Positions 53,433 through 64,000 of a stretch of 64,000 nt of DNA are shown one piece after another. The translations under genes and the position numbers were made by a program. Origin of the DNA: Glaucostegus cemiculus (lineage: Eukaryota); the NCBI GenBank assembly GCA_976551045.1, contig CDPCPM010000012.1, positions 45,942,001 to 46,006,000 on the forward strand. Reading direction: 5' to 3'. Numbering within the stretch: the stretch's first letter is position 1; each line of letters opens with the position of its first letter. The notes under the pieces are model-generated. The model saw only the letters and a program-made list of their open reading frames with translations. It was not told where the DNA came from and did not search any database.

Positions 53433-53728
53433 TGTTTGAACATTTTTTCCATGTCTTTAATTTGTTTCCTTGTGAATTCTTTGAACTCGGTGTAAGGGTT
53501 AAACACTTTAACCTGTTTGGGTTCTGTCGTCCCTTCATTGATACCCAGTCTCCTGGTCAGTTTAGCGGAGAGCTCGGTGTCTGCATTGCTGGTGACGGGC
53601 TTCTCCTCCGGGTCTACACCCACCTCTATGTGATTGTTATTTTCTAGGATGGCACCGTTTGCATTTTCTGTCGATACTTCCAGCATCAGCCGGCGCTGGA
53701 GTTTTTTGGCCAGCTCCTCAGATGCCAT
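53433..53728 (-). CDS. EFHD1: EF-hand domain-containing protein D1 (swiprosin family), coding exon 1
   Basis: ORF MASEELAKKLQRRL...ADTELSAKLTRRLGINEG...VFNPYTEFKEFTRKQIKDMEKMFK matches the EFHD1/EFHD2 N-terminus. Start context is gcgacATGG. It ends at a phase-2 donor CA|GTGAGT (plus-strand actcac 53427-53432). MASEELA, RRLxINEG and exon-2 DGKL favour EFHD1; FKEF..KQIKDMEKMFK resembles EFHD2, so the family is more certain than the paralog. Confidence 0.88.
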
Positions 53729-53819
53729 GTCGCCACGTGAGAGTTTAAATAGCCTTCAGAAACCAACACACGACCAATCTGTGAAACTTACAAACACTTT
53801 ATTCAACTCCAAACCGCTG

Positions 53820-53930
53820 CCCGCTTTATAACTCAGAGGGGGAAGGCGGAGCCGAACTGACTGACATTTCCAGAAGCCATTAGAAAGGCTGGTGTGGCAG
53901 AACGTGAATCGTCAAGTAACCAATTAGCGC
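53820..53930 (-). promoter_or_regulatory. Putative core/proximal promoter of EFHD1
   Basis: Minus-strand TATAAAG at 53824-53830, GC-box-like gggggaaggcggagc at about 53838-53852, CCAAT (aaccaattag) at 53920-53924. No upstream ATG lies between the TATA box and the start codon. Confidence 0.6.
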
Positions 53931-53963
53931 AGAGAGGGCAGCGAATGTTATGTTACTGTAAAT

Positions 53964-56210
53964 TCAGAATCAGGAATCAGAATCAGATTTATTATCACTG
54001 ACATATGACGTGAAATGTGTTGTTTTGCAGCAGCAGTACAGTGCAAAAAACATTAAATCTATAAATATGCAAAAATAAATAATATGCAAAAGAAAGGAAT
54101 AATGAGGTAGTGTTCATGGGCTCATGAATCGTTCAGAAATCTGATGGTGGAGGGGAAGAAACTGTCCCTGAGTCGATGAGTTTGGGTCTTCAGGCTCCTG
54201 TACCTCCTCCACGATATAGTAATGAGAAGAGGGCATGTCCCTGATGGTGAGGGTCCTTAATGATGGGTGCCACCTTCTTGAGGCACTGCCTCTTGAAGAT
54301 GTCCTCGATGGTGGGGAGCATTGTGTCCGTGATGGAGCTGGCTGAATCTACAACCCTCTCCAGCCTCTTGAGATCTTATGCACTGGAGCCTCCATACCAG
54401 GCTGTGATAAAAACAGTCAGAATGTTCTCCACTGTACATCTATAGAAATTTGTAAGAGCCTTTGGTGACATACCAATTCTCCTCAAATGTGCCTTCTTCA
54501 TGTTTGCATCAATGTGTTGGGCCCAGGGAAGATCCTCTGAGATGTTAATGCCCAGGAATTTGAAGCTGTTCACCCTTTCCACTGCTGACCCCTCAATGAG
54601 AACTGGTGTGTGTTCTCCCAACTTCCCCTTCCAGAAGTCCACAATCAGTTTCTTGGTCTTGCAGACGTTGAGCGCGAGGTTGCTGTTGCGACACATTTAA
54701 CCAGCCGATTTATCTCACTTCTGTAAGCCTTATCGGCAGCTGAGATTCTACCAACAACAGTGGTGTCATTGGCAAACTTGTAGATAGTGTTTGAGCTGTG
54801 CTTAGCCACACAGTCATGTGTGGAGAGAGACTAGAGCAGTGGGCTAAGAACACATCCTTGAGGTGTACTTGTGTTGATAGTGAGTGAGGAGGAGGTGTTA
54901 TCACTGCTCCACACTGACTGTGATCTCCCAATAAGGTTGTTGAGGATCTAGTTGCAGAGGGAGGTACAAAGGCCTAGGTTTTAAAATTTGGTTATTAGTA
55001 CTGAGGAAATTATGGTGTTGAATGCCGAGCTGTAAACATAAACAGTAACCTGACGTATGTCTTGTGGTTGACATGGAGCAGACTTTTCCCCCATTTCTTA
55101 TTTCTTTTTCCCTTTTTTCTTTCTCTTTTACCCCTTATTTTCTTTGGAGCAGACTCAATGGGCCAAATGGCCTACTTCTGCTCCCTTGTCTTGTGATCTT
55201 GTGAGTTGCTCCAAAGTAGAGTGGAGAGCCAGTGAGATTGCATCTGCTGTAGGCCTGTTGTGGCAAGAGGTGAACTGCAGAGAGTCCAGGTCCTTGCTCA
55301 GGCAGGAGTTAATTCTAGCCATAATCGACCTTTCAAAACGCTTCACCACAGTAGATGTGAGTGCTACTGGGCCATAGTTGTTGAGGCAGCTCACCCTGCT
55401 CTTGGGCACTGGAATGATTGCTGCCCTTTTGAAGCAGGTGGGAACCTCAGACCACAGCAGTGAGAGGTTGAAGATGTCCCCGAACACTCCAGCCAGTTGG
55501 TTGGCACAGGTTTTCAGTACTCAGCCAGGTACACCATCGGGGCCTGATGCCTTGCAAGGGTTCACTCTCTTGAAGGATATTTGGATATCAGGCTCCAAGA
55601 CAGAGATCACAGGGTCGTCAGATGCTGTGGGGATTCACACAGTCGTAGTGTTATTCTCCCTTTCAAAGCACGCATAAAAGGCATTGAGCTCATCGGGGAG
55701 TGAAGCATCACTGCCATTTATGCCATTAGGTTTTGCCTTATAGAAAGTAATGGCATGCACATCCTGCCACAGTTGTCATGCATCCGATTGTGGCCCTGGC
55801 TGCAATCAGAATCGTCTTTTCGCTTTCACAAATGGCCTTCCATAGGTCATACCTGGACTTCTTGAAAGATTCTGGATCACTGGACTTGAATGCCGCAGAT
55901 CTAGCCCTCAGCAGACTGCGAATCTCTTGGTTTTTCCAGGGCTTCTGGTTTGGGAAAACTCAGTATGTTCTTGAAGGCACACACTCATCCACACAGGTCT
56001 TGAAGTCGGTGACAGCCATGGCATATTCATTCAGATTCAAGGGTGACTTCCTGATTATGTTCCAGTCCACCAATTCAAAGTAGTCCTGTAAACGCTCCTC
56101 CGCCTCCCTTGATCACACCTTCGCTGTCCTCAGCACAGATGCTGCGGTCCTCAGTCTCTGCTTATATGCTGGGAGTAGAAGTACAGCCAGGTGATCGGAC
56201 TTGCCAATTC
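53964..56210 (-). mobile_element. Long (about 2.2 kb) Rex1/Babar LINE: endonuclease end, RT, C-terminus, 3' UTR, (ATTCTG)n tail
   Basis: [90 protein letters not shown] and FYRCTVENILT in order, with several frameshifts. Confidence 0.92.
55074..55204 (+). mobile_element. CR1 3' end inserted antisense into the Rex/Babar element
   Basis: Pyrimidine tract plus ttggagcagactcaatgggccaaatggcc...cttgtgatcttgtga, matching 27350-27476 and 37087-37145. Confidence 0.85.
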
Positions 56211-56789
56211 ACTTGCGAATTGGAGTGAGGACATATCCAGGAGGGCACTGGACAACAGATTTTACTTATGACCTTTGACAACCTCAGTCCATACCAAAAC
56301 ACTTTACAATCAAAGGTCATCAATTCCTAATTCTACCTCTCAGTTATACCACTACTGTCACTTTAGTATTACTTTTTGCACTACTGACAGCAGTGGGAGA
56401 AGTGACCCTCACACAGTCCGTGTGGAGACAAAGTCCCGTCTTCACACCGAGGGCTCCCTCCATCTTGTGGTATGTCCCTGCAGCCATGCTCAACGGGAGA
56501 GACTCAGCATGGACCTGGCAGCTCAACACTGGGCGTCCGTCAGCAGAAGTGTTGAGCACACCAGCTGTCAGCCCATGGCTCTGTGTGTTCCCTGCTCTAC
56601 TCACTGTCCCACCAGGGTGGCAATGACCCTGCGTTAGTGAGGAGCAGCGGACAGCCACAGCTAAAAATCAACTGCCTGCCTGGTGAGGCAGCCACACACG
56701 GACTACCTCAGTGCTGAACACAAGGAACAGGAGCAGGACCACGCCATTCAGCCCTTCGAGCCTGATCCACTATGGCTGATCTGCTGAAG

Positions 56790-57298
56790 AGCTTTGCTCA
56801 CTATAGGAAGGATGTGGAATCTATAGGGAGGGTGCAGAGGAGGTTTATAAGGATGCTGCCTGGAATGAGGAGCATGCCTTATGAGAGCAGGTTGCGGGAA
56901 CTCGGCCTTTTCTCCTTGGAGAGAAGGAGGATGAGGGGGGACCTGACTGAGGTGTATAAGATGTTGAGAGGTATGGATAGGGTAGATAGTCAGAGGCTTT
57001 TCCCCAGGGCTGAAATGGTGGCCACAAGAGGACATAGGTTTAAGGTGCTGGGGGGAAGATATAGGGGAGATGTTAGGGGTAAGTTTTTTACTCAGAGAGT
57101 GGTGAGTGTGTGGAATAGGCTGCAGGAAATGGTGGTAGAGGCAGATACGATAGGGTCTTTCAAGAGACTGTTGGATAGGTACATGGAGGTAAATAAGATA
57201 GAAGGCTATGGGTAAGCCTAATAGTGTGGGGACATGTTCGGCACAGCTTTGTGGGCTGAAGGGCCTGAATTGTGCTGTAGGTATCTATGTTCTATGTT
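56790..57298 (+). mobile_element. CR1 LINE 3' fragment with open frame and (CTATGTT)n tail
   Basis: HYRKDVESIGRVQRRFIRMLPG...LFSLERRRMRGDL...FFTQRVVSVWNRL...GSFKRLLDRYM. Confidence 0.92.
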
Positions 57299-57302
57299 CT
57301 AC

Positions 57303-57470
57303 TTCCAACTACACTACAGTCTCTGCACCATTCTACTGTTTTGCGCTCATCACTATATTTATATTTGTATTTATTATTACCATGCGTACAGTTTACTCCA
57401 AGAGTTTCATGCAAGCAAGGAATTTCATTGCATCCTGATGGATATGATGATAAACTAATCTGAATCTGAA
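57303..57470 (+). mobile_element. Rex/Babar-type LINE 3' UTR, (AATCTG)n tail; 5' part continues at about 56340-56385
   Basis: Homologous to 63706-63888 (catgcaagcaaggaatttcattgca...taatctgaatctgaa). Confidence 0.65.
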
Positions 57471-57471
57471 A

Positions 57472-57542
57472 TATTAATCCCTTTCTCCATAGATACTGCT
57501 TGACTCACTAAGTATTTCCAGCGTTTTCTGTTTTTATTTCAA
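57472..57542 (+). mobile_element. Penelope-like pLTR fragment
   Basis: tctccatagatactgcttgactcactaagtatttccagcgttttctgtttttatttca. Confidence 0.6.
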
Positions 57543-57894
57543 TAAATGAAACACTTTTAAGGAGTAGACCTGGATTTTTGAAATTGACTCCTCAGGAAAG
57601 TAGGCATGTTATTTACAAAATCCAGCAAGAAATGATTTATTATATTTTCCACAGATGATCATTACTGTTGTAAAATTTTTTGGATAATTAAATTTTTTAA
57701 ATTGTATTGAATGGAACTCAAGGAATCTGACAACCCTTATAATAATTGTTGCTTACATGGCAAAGAGGCAAACAAGTGTTACTCGGCAAGAGCCTAATGA
57801 CTAGTAATGTGGCCTCCAGTGGAGCAAAATGGCACAACCTGTACTCAAGAGTGTAATCAAGCAATATCTGACACCAGGTGATCTAAAGAAGTAT

Positions 57895-58095
57895 CAGAAA
57901 ATCAAATAAAAAACTGAATATGCTGGAAATCTGAAATTGATAAAAAAAATAGAAATGTTGGAAACACTTAGCAGATTCAGCAGAATCTGTGAAGGAAGAA
58001 ACAGAGTTAACATTTCAGATTAAAGACTACGTTTCTCTTTCCACAGAAACTTCCTGACATGCTGAGTGTTTTCAGCATTTTATGATTTTTATTTT
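57895..58095. mobile_element. Penelope-like pLTR hairpin
   Basis: aaatgttggaaacacttagcagattcagcagaatctgtgaaggaagaaac is inverted against gtttctctttccacagaaacttcctgacatgctgagtgttttcagcattt. Confidence 0.65.
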
Positions 58096-58644
58096 AGGAG
58101 ATGCTAGCACAGACGAGGAGTTTGGTCAAAATAGTTACATTTTCAGCAGTCTCTTAAAGGAGGAAAGAGGAGTGGTGAGGTGGGAAGGGAAAGTGAGGTA
58201 TTTCCAGAAATTAGAGTTTCAGTTTCTGAAGACATCAGGTGAATGATTGTTTCCTAAATTTTTTGAGGCGATGTTGTAACAAGCCCAGGACAATGGGATC
58301 TGTTCTGAACTCCTGGAAGACCCAGGCATAACCTTAATTTACCAATGCATCTGAAAGGCAGTCTGTGATATTTGGTCAGTAATGCATTCAAGCCCTGGAG
58401 CTGTCCAACCTTGCTGATATCTGAATCGGAGGCAAGAGTGCCTTCAGCTGAGCAAAACTGACACATTAAGTAATAACTATATTACTAATCTAGAGTGTAA
58501 GCATGAAATAAACTATTAGACATTTCTCTATATATCTCACAGAAGAATGACATATTTTAATTGAATTATGATCACACCGTATACTGGAGTTCAGTAGTTT
58601 GGGGGAAGGCCTTTCTTGCAATCAAAACATCAACTTACCTGCAT

Positions 58645-58795
58645 CGTCCAAAAGACGTACAGGTTAGGAAGTTCTGGGCGTGCTATGTTGGCACCAGAAG
58701 CATGGCGACACTTGCGGACTGCCCCCAGAACACTATACAAAAGATGCATTTCACTGTGTGTTTTGATGTACATATGACTAATAAAGATATCTTAT
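58645..58795 (+). mobile_element. V-SINE 3' part
   Basis: ccaaaagacgtacaggttaggaag...gcatggcgacacttgcgg...gtacatatgactaataaagatatctt. Confidence 0.8.
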
Positions 58796-59470
58796 TTCAA
58801 TCAAATTTTTAATTTTTCTTTCCAAAGCCATAAGCATCTGGTAGCAAGATCAAGCAATATGAACTGCCCCAGAGATTTATTTTTGTGGTAACCTATCATT
58901 CTTTAAATACAGAATTGCATTTTCACAAAGTGTAGAACAGGATAGTGGCAATACCAGAGAGGGAAATGAATAATCTCAAGAAATATATTTGTGTTTAAGA
59001 GACTGGATGAGAGGGAGTGCACTGCAGGAGAGAACACCTATTGTTAGTAAGATAAAAATCAATTAGACTGATAAACATTCCCTTTTTGATTGATCATGTT
59101 TTATCTTCTTGGCTTGCCAGCATTTTTCAATCACTTCCCATTGCATTGTCTGTTCAAACTATTAATATTACCTCCCTGCTAACTTATTCACAAGTCTATT
59201 ATGCAAGTATTATAGGGCCACAAATTGCCTCAGCTCTTTTCTCCCCAGACCTTTTATAAAACCCAGTGTTGCCAACACCACTGAAAAATAGTTCAGCAAA
59301 AAATGAAACCCCAAATCAAAACTCAACAGAAACTTACCAAGTCGAAAATGAATGTAGTTGCACAGTCTACTATGCAATTCAGTCCTTGTGCTGTCTATCA
59401 CTCATGAAAGGCAATGATACTTCTGCTATGTGTGCTCTTTCTTCAGGTCACCCAAGCACAAACACAAACA

Positions 59471-59560
59471 AGACTCCCACCACCACGTGGACTCCCACCA
59501 CCACGTGCCCCCCCACCCCCACCACCACCACCACCACCACCACCAACTCCACCACTACAC
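59471..59560. repeat. (ACC)n microsatellite with a duplicated gactcccaccaccacgtg unit
   Basis: Directly visible in the sequence. Confidence 0.9.
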
Positions 59561-60204
59561 TAACCCAGATCTGTGCAATGAATTTAGAATTTAGAATTGA
59601 TGCATAACTCACACAGTAATGATTAAAACATGAACTAATAAAAAAAAACTTCAGCCAAAATTCATTTTGAGACTGAGCACTATTGAGATTCTGTTGCTTG
59701 ATAACAAATTCAGATAGGCTTTTCTTTATGTCCTCAGCCTCATAGTGCTGTTCAGGACAATGAATTGATTGCCCACTTCATTGTATAAATTAGGTATAAT
59801 TTTCCTTCCAGACTTCTCTGGATCTAAAGACAACAGCTGCTACAAACATCAATTAAAATCATAATTTTTAGCAAACTAGCCAATGATCTCATTAATAAAT
59901 ATAGTAAGGTATAGTTCCAATCTGAAAACAATTGTAATTAATATTTATGAAGAACATTGTTTTTGATGCTTAATTTTTAATAAGGATTAAAATTTATTAT
60001 CCATTTGTCCCAATCTACTTTTGCCAAATGGTTTCTGGGTTCATCCCCAAGAGATTTGACTGCATATAAAATGACTATATTGTCATAATTGATCATCAAT
60101 TGAGCTCATTTTGCATTCCTACCCATGAAACATTTACTTGGAGGATTACTCTCAATGTGGGGCTTAAATCTATATTTTTTTGTTAGGCTGTTCTAAGGGA
60201 GAAC

Positions 60205-60500
60205 TGCATTGCCAGAGGTTCAGTCCTTTAAATAAGATATTAAAGTGAGACTCACCTGTCTTTTCTAGGGATTTAGGAAGGAAGTAAAAATTCTATGTCA
60301 ATGTTCTAGGGCAAACAGCATGTTGTCCCAGTTACAGGGCCTAAAATTCCTTTCTGAGCCAACATCATTAGCAGAAAATCAATTGAATATTAATCTCTCT
60401 CTTGTGGGATATTCCTATTTAGAAAATGTCTGCTGTTTGTTTATATAACAATAGGACTGTAATTCATAGCATATGAAGCAATTTTAACATTTTAGGGAAT
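60205..60500 (+). mobile_element. Ancient Deu-domain SINE (AmnSINE1/SacSINE1-like) remnant
   Basis: Degenerate match to the recalled Deu-domain layout (agatattaaa..gag..c.cctgtc; ccaacatca...; tgtggga...aaaatgtctgctg...tataaca). Confidence 0.5.
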
Positions 60501-61644
60501 GGTTACATACTTGGAAATGAAGTTGCACACCACTGCTTTTTTGTTTTATTCAGCTGAAAAATGATGTTTCTGTGAATGAAGCACAATAATGTCAATCACT
60601 GGGTTGTATCGTCTCACTTGGAAAATTTAGCAGAGCACTTCCTTTTACGTCTCCCAAGTGAGACTGTCATGATTTTCGCATTAGTGGCACATTGGATGAT
60701 ATCATTCCTCATTAAACACTGCTTTTGAAGCATGGCAGAGAAACTTGGACAGCATTATCTGGGTAATGCCATAGTGGGTCATCTTCAAGACAACATGGTC
60801 TGACTCCAACAGAGCAACCTGGAAGTCCCTGGAGAGTACTGGTAAGTCCCTGAACCAAAGCACTACCCCATGCACCACTCTCCTGTACCATCTCCCCTCC
60901 ATCCCTCTCCACTCTCCCAACCTTAGGAGAACAGTTTGAAGCTGGGAAAGTTTACAAAGTCTAAGGAGTTGATGTGATAATCAACTCCCTAAACTACCAT
61001 TGCATTAACACATTTGACTGCAAAATCAGCCAAACGTCTTCACTGTGACTGAAAGCAATATGGATGATAGATTTGTTTAAAAATGTCTTATAAGTATTTC
61101 CTTTTAGGGATATTTCCAAACATCATGATCCCCATGGAGACCAGAATTCATATATCGCATGGACTGTACATGGGATACAACACTCTAGTTCCATTTCTCC
61201 AATACTTGCTGTAAGCTTCCTGTCTATCCACATGAGATTTCTGATTTGTGCTTTACAGACACTTTTAGTCATAAATTAAGCTTTGTATTGAAAATTTGGG
61301 TTTGGGTTTCATAAATTGGTTATTAGTCAGAACAGTTAATAATAAGTCTTTGTTCCAATTTTTGCTACAGAGAAAACACAATGGTGTCATTATTAATCTA
61401 TTTGTCACTTGCTAATTCTAACACTCTATTGTATTACAAGCTTGTGACCTACTCAGTGGTTGACTTAAGATCCTTTAGTGTGAAGACTTTGATTATTGTC
61501 AATACCACTCCTCTCCCAAATTACATACGTCCTAGCTCAAAGCTGCGAAGTACATGTGTGTGTATAGAGTATTATAGAACCCTTCTGCCCTTTGATCCTA
61601 CTGAAGATAAATTGCAGTAGAATTTCAGCCCATAACTGAAACAG

Positions 61645-62170
61645 TAGCAACTTCTCTTTATATTGCACCTTTAATATAATGAAACACCCCAAAGCACTTC
61701 ACATGAGCTTCATTAAACAAAATTTGACACCAAGCCATATAAGGCTTGGGCAAGTTATCAAAAGCATGGTCAAAATAGTAGGCTTTAAGGAAGGTTCTAA
61801 AGAAGAAAAGAGATGGGAATGATGGCAGGAGGGAATTTAAGAGTGTTGACAGTTTAAGGAATTACTGGCAATAGTGATGGGATAAACATAGTAGGAATGC
61901 TGACGAAGCAGGAAATAGAGGAGTGCCGATATCTTTGAGGGTCCTACCATTGAAGACCATGAAAAGATTTGGAAACAAGGATGAGAATTTTAGATTTGAG
62001 GCACCGTTTATAAGGGAACAATGTAGGTCAGTGATCAAAGGAGTTATGAATGAGAGGGGCTTGTGCAGTGTTTAGCATGAGTATGCTCATGTAGAGTGGA
62101 GGATAGCATGCTGGCCAGAACTGTATTAGAATAGTCAAGTCTGGAATATAAAAAAGGATAAACAACTTCA
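61645..62170 (-). mobile_element. L2-like LINE 3' end
   Basis: gcaact...tttatattgcacctttaat...aaagcacttcaca...aaacaaaatttgacaccaagcca...ggtcaaaatagtaggctttaagg; shorter relatives at about 48810-49030 and 58095-58240. Confidence 0.6.
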
Positions 62171-62271
62171 ATTCTGTGGTCTCATCAATTCCATCTTTTC
62201 CTTAATCATTACATCTTTCTTTTAAGCTCATATAACTTTTATCCTAAAAAATGATTGGAAGTTGGACAGCA

Positions 62272-62527
62272 TGGTAGAATATAGAACCATACAGCACAGG
62301 AACAGGCCCTTCAGCCCACGATGTCTGTGCCAAACACAATGCCAAATTAAACTAAATCTCTTCTGCCTGCACATGATCCATATCCCTCCATCGGTCATCT
62401 AAAAGCCTCTTAAACACCACTGCTTCCACTACCATCCATGGTACCTACCACTCCTTATGTAAAAAAAACTTGCGCTGCACATCACCATTAAACTTTCCCC
62501 ATCTCGCCTTCATACATGTCCTCTAGT
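62272..62527 (-). mobile_element. CR1 LINE 3' end
   Basis: agaatatagaaccatacagcacaggaacaggcccttcagccca is the reverse of a CR1 tail, as at 57250-57298. Confidence 0.8.
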
Positions 62528-62699
62528 CAGTGTGCATGGGTTCATCTTATTAGCTCCTCAATGAAGGAGATTCCATCATTACTGAACAGCAAGGAGGAGA
62601 CTTCCCTAGAATTCACCAGCTAGAACTCGTAGGTTTGGTAGAAGTGTCAAGAACCCTGAACCAAAAGAGATTTTGAATTTGAGGCACTGAATAACCAAT

Positions 62700-63060
62700 T
62701 ATGGGACAAAGATGACAAGAGTGATTGAAGGTAAAGGATGGGAGGCCATTGGAATAATTGAATGAGGTGGTGTGAATGATGATTTTGTTAGTAAATGGAT
62801 GCAGGAAGGAACAGAGGTAATTAAAGTTAACAAAAGTAGAAGTAGGTGGCATTTAAGATAGAAAGGATGTGGGTCAGAAACACAGCTTCGAACTGCAAAC
62901 AACATCAAGGATGCTGACAGCCTGTCTCAGTCTGAGAAAATGGTAAGGGTAGGGTATAGAGTTGATGACAAGCACATATATTTTGGGTGTATTTGGAGAC
63001 AATGGCTTTAAATGAACTGGAGGAGATTATGATTTATCCAATATTGATTATGAGACAAGT
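62700..63060 (-). mobile_element. Old L2-like LINE remnant
   Basis: Purine-rich plus strand with weak L2-like RT-region similarity. Confidence 0.35.
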
Positions 63061-63705
63061 AATCTACCCTTTAATGCACAAGCTATTAGTTAAGCACCTT
63101 AGATCTTACCAAAAATATTGGTGTGGGGCCCAATGGCAGGAAAACATTCTTAGGAAGCTTATGTTTTCTTATTCCATTTTACCAAGAAAATATTAAACAC
63201 TGTAAGTCTTTGATTAGAAAAAGCCACAGGGTTTGAAAAGGCTGACTCCTGTAATATTACTTTTTGCTGAACTACAGTGACTTCATTACAACCTAAAAAT
63301 AACACATGGATCATATGCTTATAAAATGTCAGTCTCTATACCCATAGATTCTTTCTTAATTAACTGATGCTTTACTGTTATATTCTGTTTACTCTGTGCC
63401 TGTGAACATTATCTTCCGATATAAGATTGGAAAATTATATATTTATTTGGGGCTTAAGTAAACTGTGAATATTAGTTGAGTGGAAGAGTGTGATAATTAC
63501 ATAGTAAATTTAATGTCACTAAGTAATCACAGAAAATAATCCATTGTAGATTAAATTTTAAGAATGCATTTTTGTTATGTATAAACTGAATGATGCCATG
63601 CATTATTAAAATGCATTTGATTCATTACATTGAAAAGAATGCACTTAGATTGGTTTCTGTCTATTAATTAATATGTTTGTGGTGATCATATCATAATTTT
63701 ATTCC

Positions 63706-63888
63706 CTCACTTTAGTATTTTGTTGCATTTACTCTGTTTGCACTATAATACTGTGTACCATTCTATTGTTTTTGAGCCAGTCATTGTTTTATTATTACCC
63801 TGTCTACTGTTTGCTCTGAGCGTCATGCAAGCAAGGAATTTCATTGCACCTTGGTCTATTTGACAATAAGATAATCTGAATCTGAATC
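63706..63888 (+). mobile_element. Rex/Babar-type LINE 3' UTR, (AATCTG)n tail
   Basis: Ends gacaataagataatctgaatctgaatc; homologous to 56358-56385 joined to 57303-57470. Confidence 0.65.
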
Positions 63889-64000
63889 ATTGCACATCAA
63901 CTTTGTAGAATGTCTTATTCAGAAATGTTCTTCATAATTGCTCCACTTTGAAAAAACAGGAACAAAATAAAATTACCTACTACCAGCTCCAACCCACGGT

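Larger units (their letters stand above)
52550..53950. promoter_or_regulatory. CpG-enriched region around exon 1 (CpG-island-like)
   Basis: Visibly more CG dinucleotides than the CpG-depleted rest of the window; ratio not computed. Confidence 0.55.

Noticed and set aside
53429-53728. 99-aa ORF as a complete small protein
   Set aside because: The TGA lies inside the splice donor GTGAGT; splicing continues the frame into exon 2.
59266-59607. Thr-rich mucin-like ORF
   Set aside because: Produced by an (ACC)n microsatellite; no supporting exon structure seen.
1-64000. CRISPR array, operon or other prokaryotic system
   Set aside because: No regularly spaced repeat-spacer array and no dense long ORFs; the DNA is spliceosomal-intron vertebrate sequence.

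Overview
Vertebrate genomic DNA, most likely a cartilaginous fish (ray or shark), judged from its repeat families; the taxon is inference. It holds the 5' half of one protein-coding gene on the minus strand, an EF-hand domain protein of the EFHD (swiprosin) family, more likely EFHD1 than EFHD2. Coding exon 1 is 53433-53728, intron 1 is about 48.4 kb (5002-53432) and exon 2 is 148 nt (4854-5001). I did not find later exons, so they probably lie beyond position 1. A TATA/GC-box/CCAAT promoter sits at about 53820-53930. The rest is intron and upstream DNA dense with retroelement remnants: CR1 (one young copy with a 367-codon open frame), Rex1/Babar, RTE/BovB-like, L2, Penelope-like elements with hammerhead-ribozyme-like terminal repeats, tRNA-derived V-SINEs, a Deu-domain SINE and a pogo/Tigger-like MITE. 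I found no convincing new gene system. The best leads are the hammerhead-like Penelope repeats, a CR1 chimera that seems to have captured foreign sequence, V-SINEs with swapped LINE tails, and several fold-back or duplicated structures. Repeat boundaries were judged by eye and are approximate; family names come from recalled motifs, not database searches.
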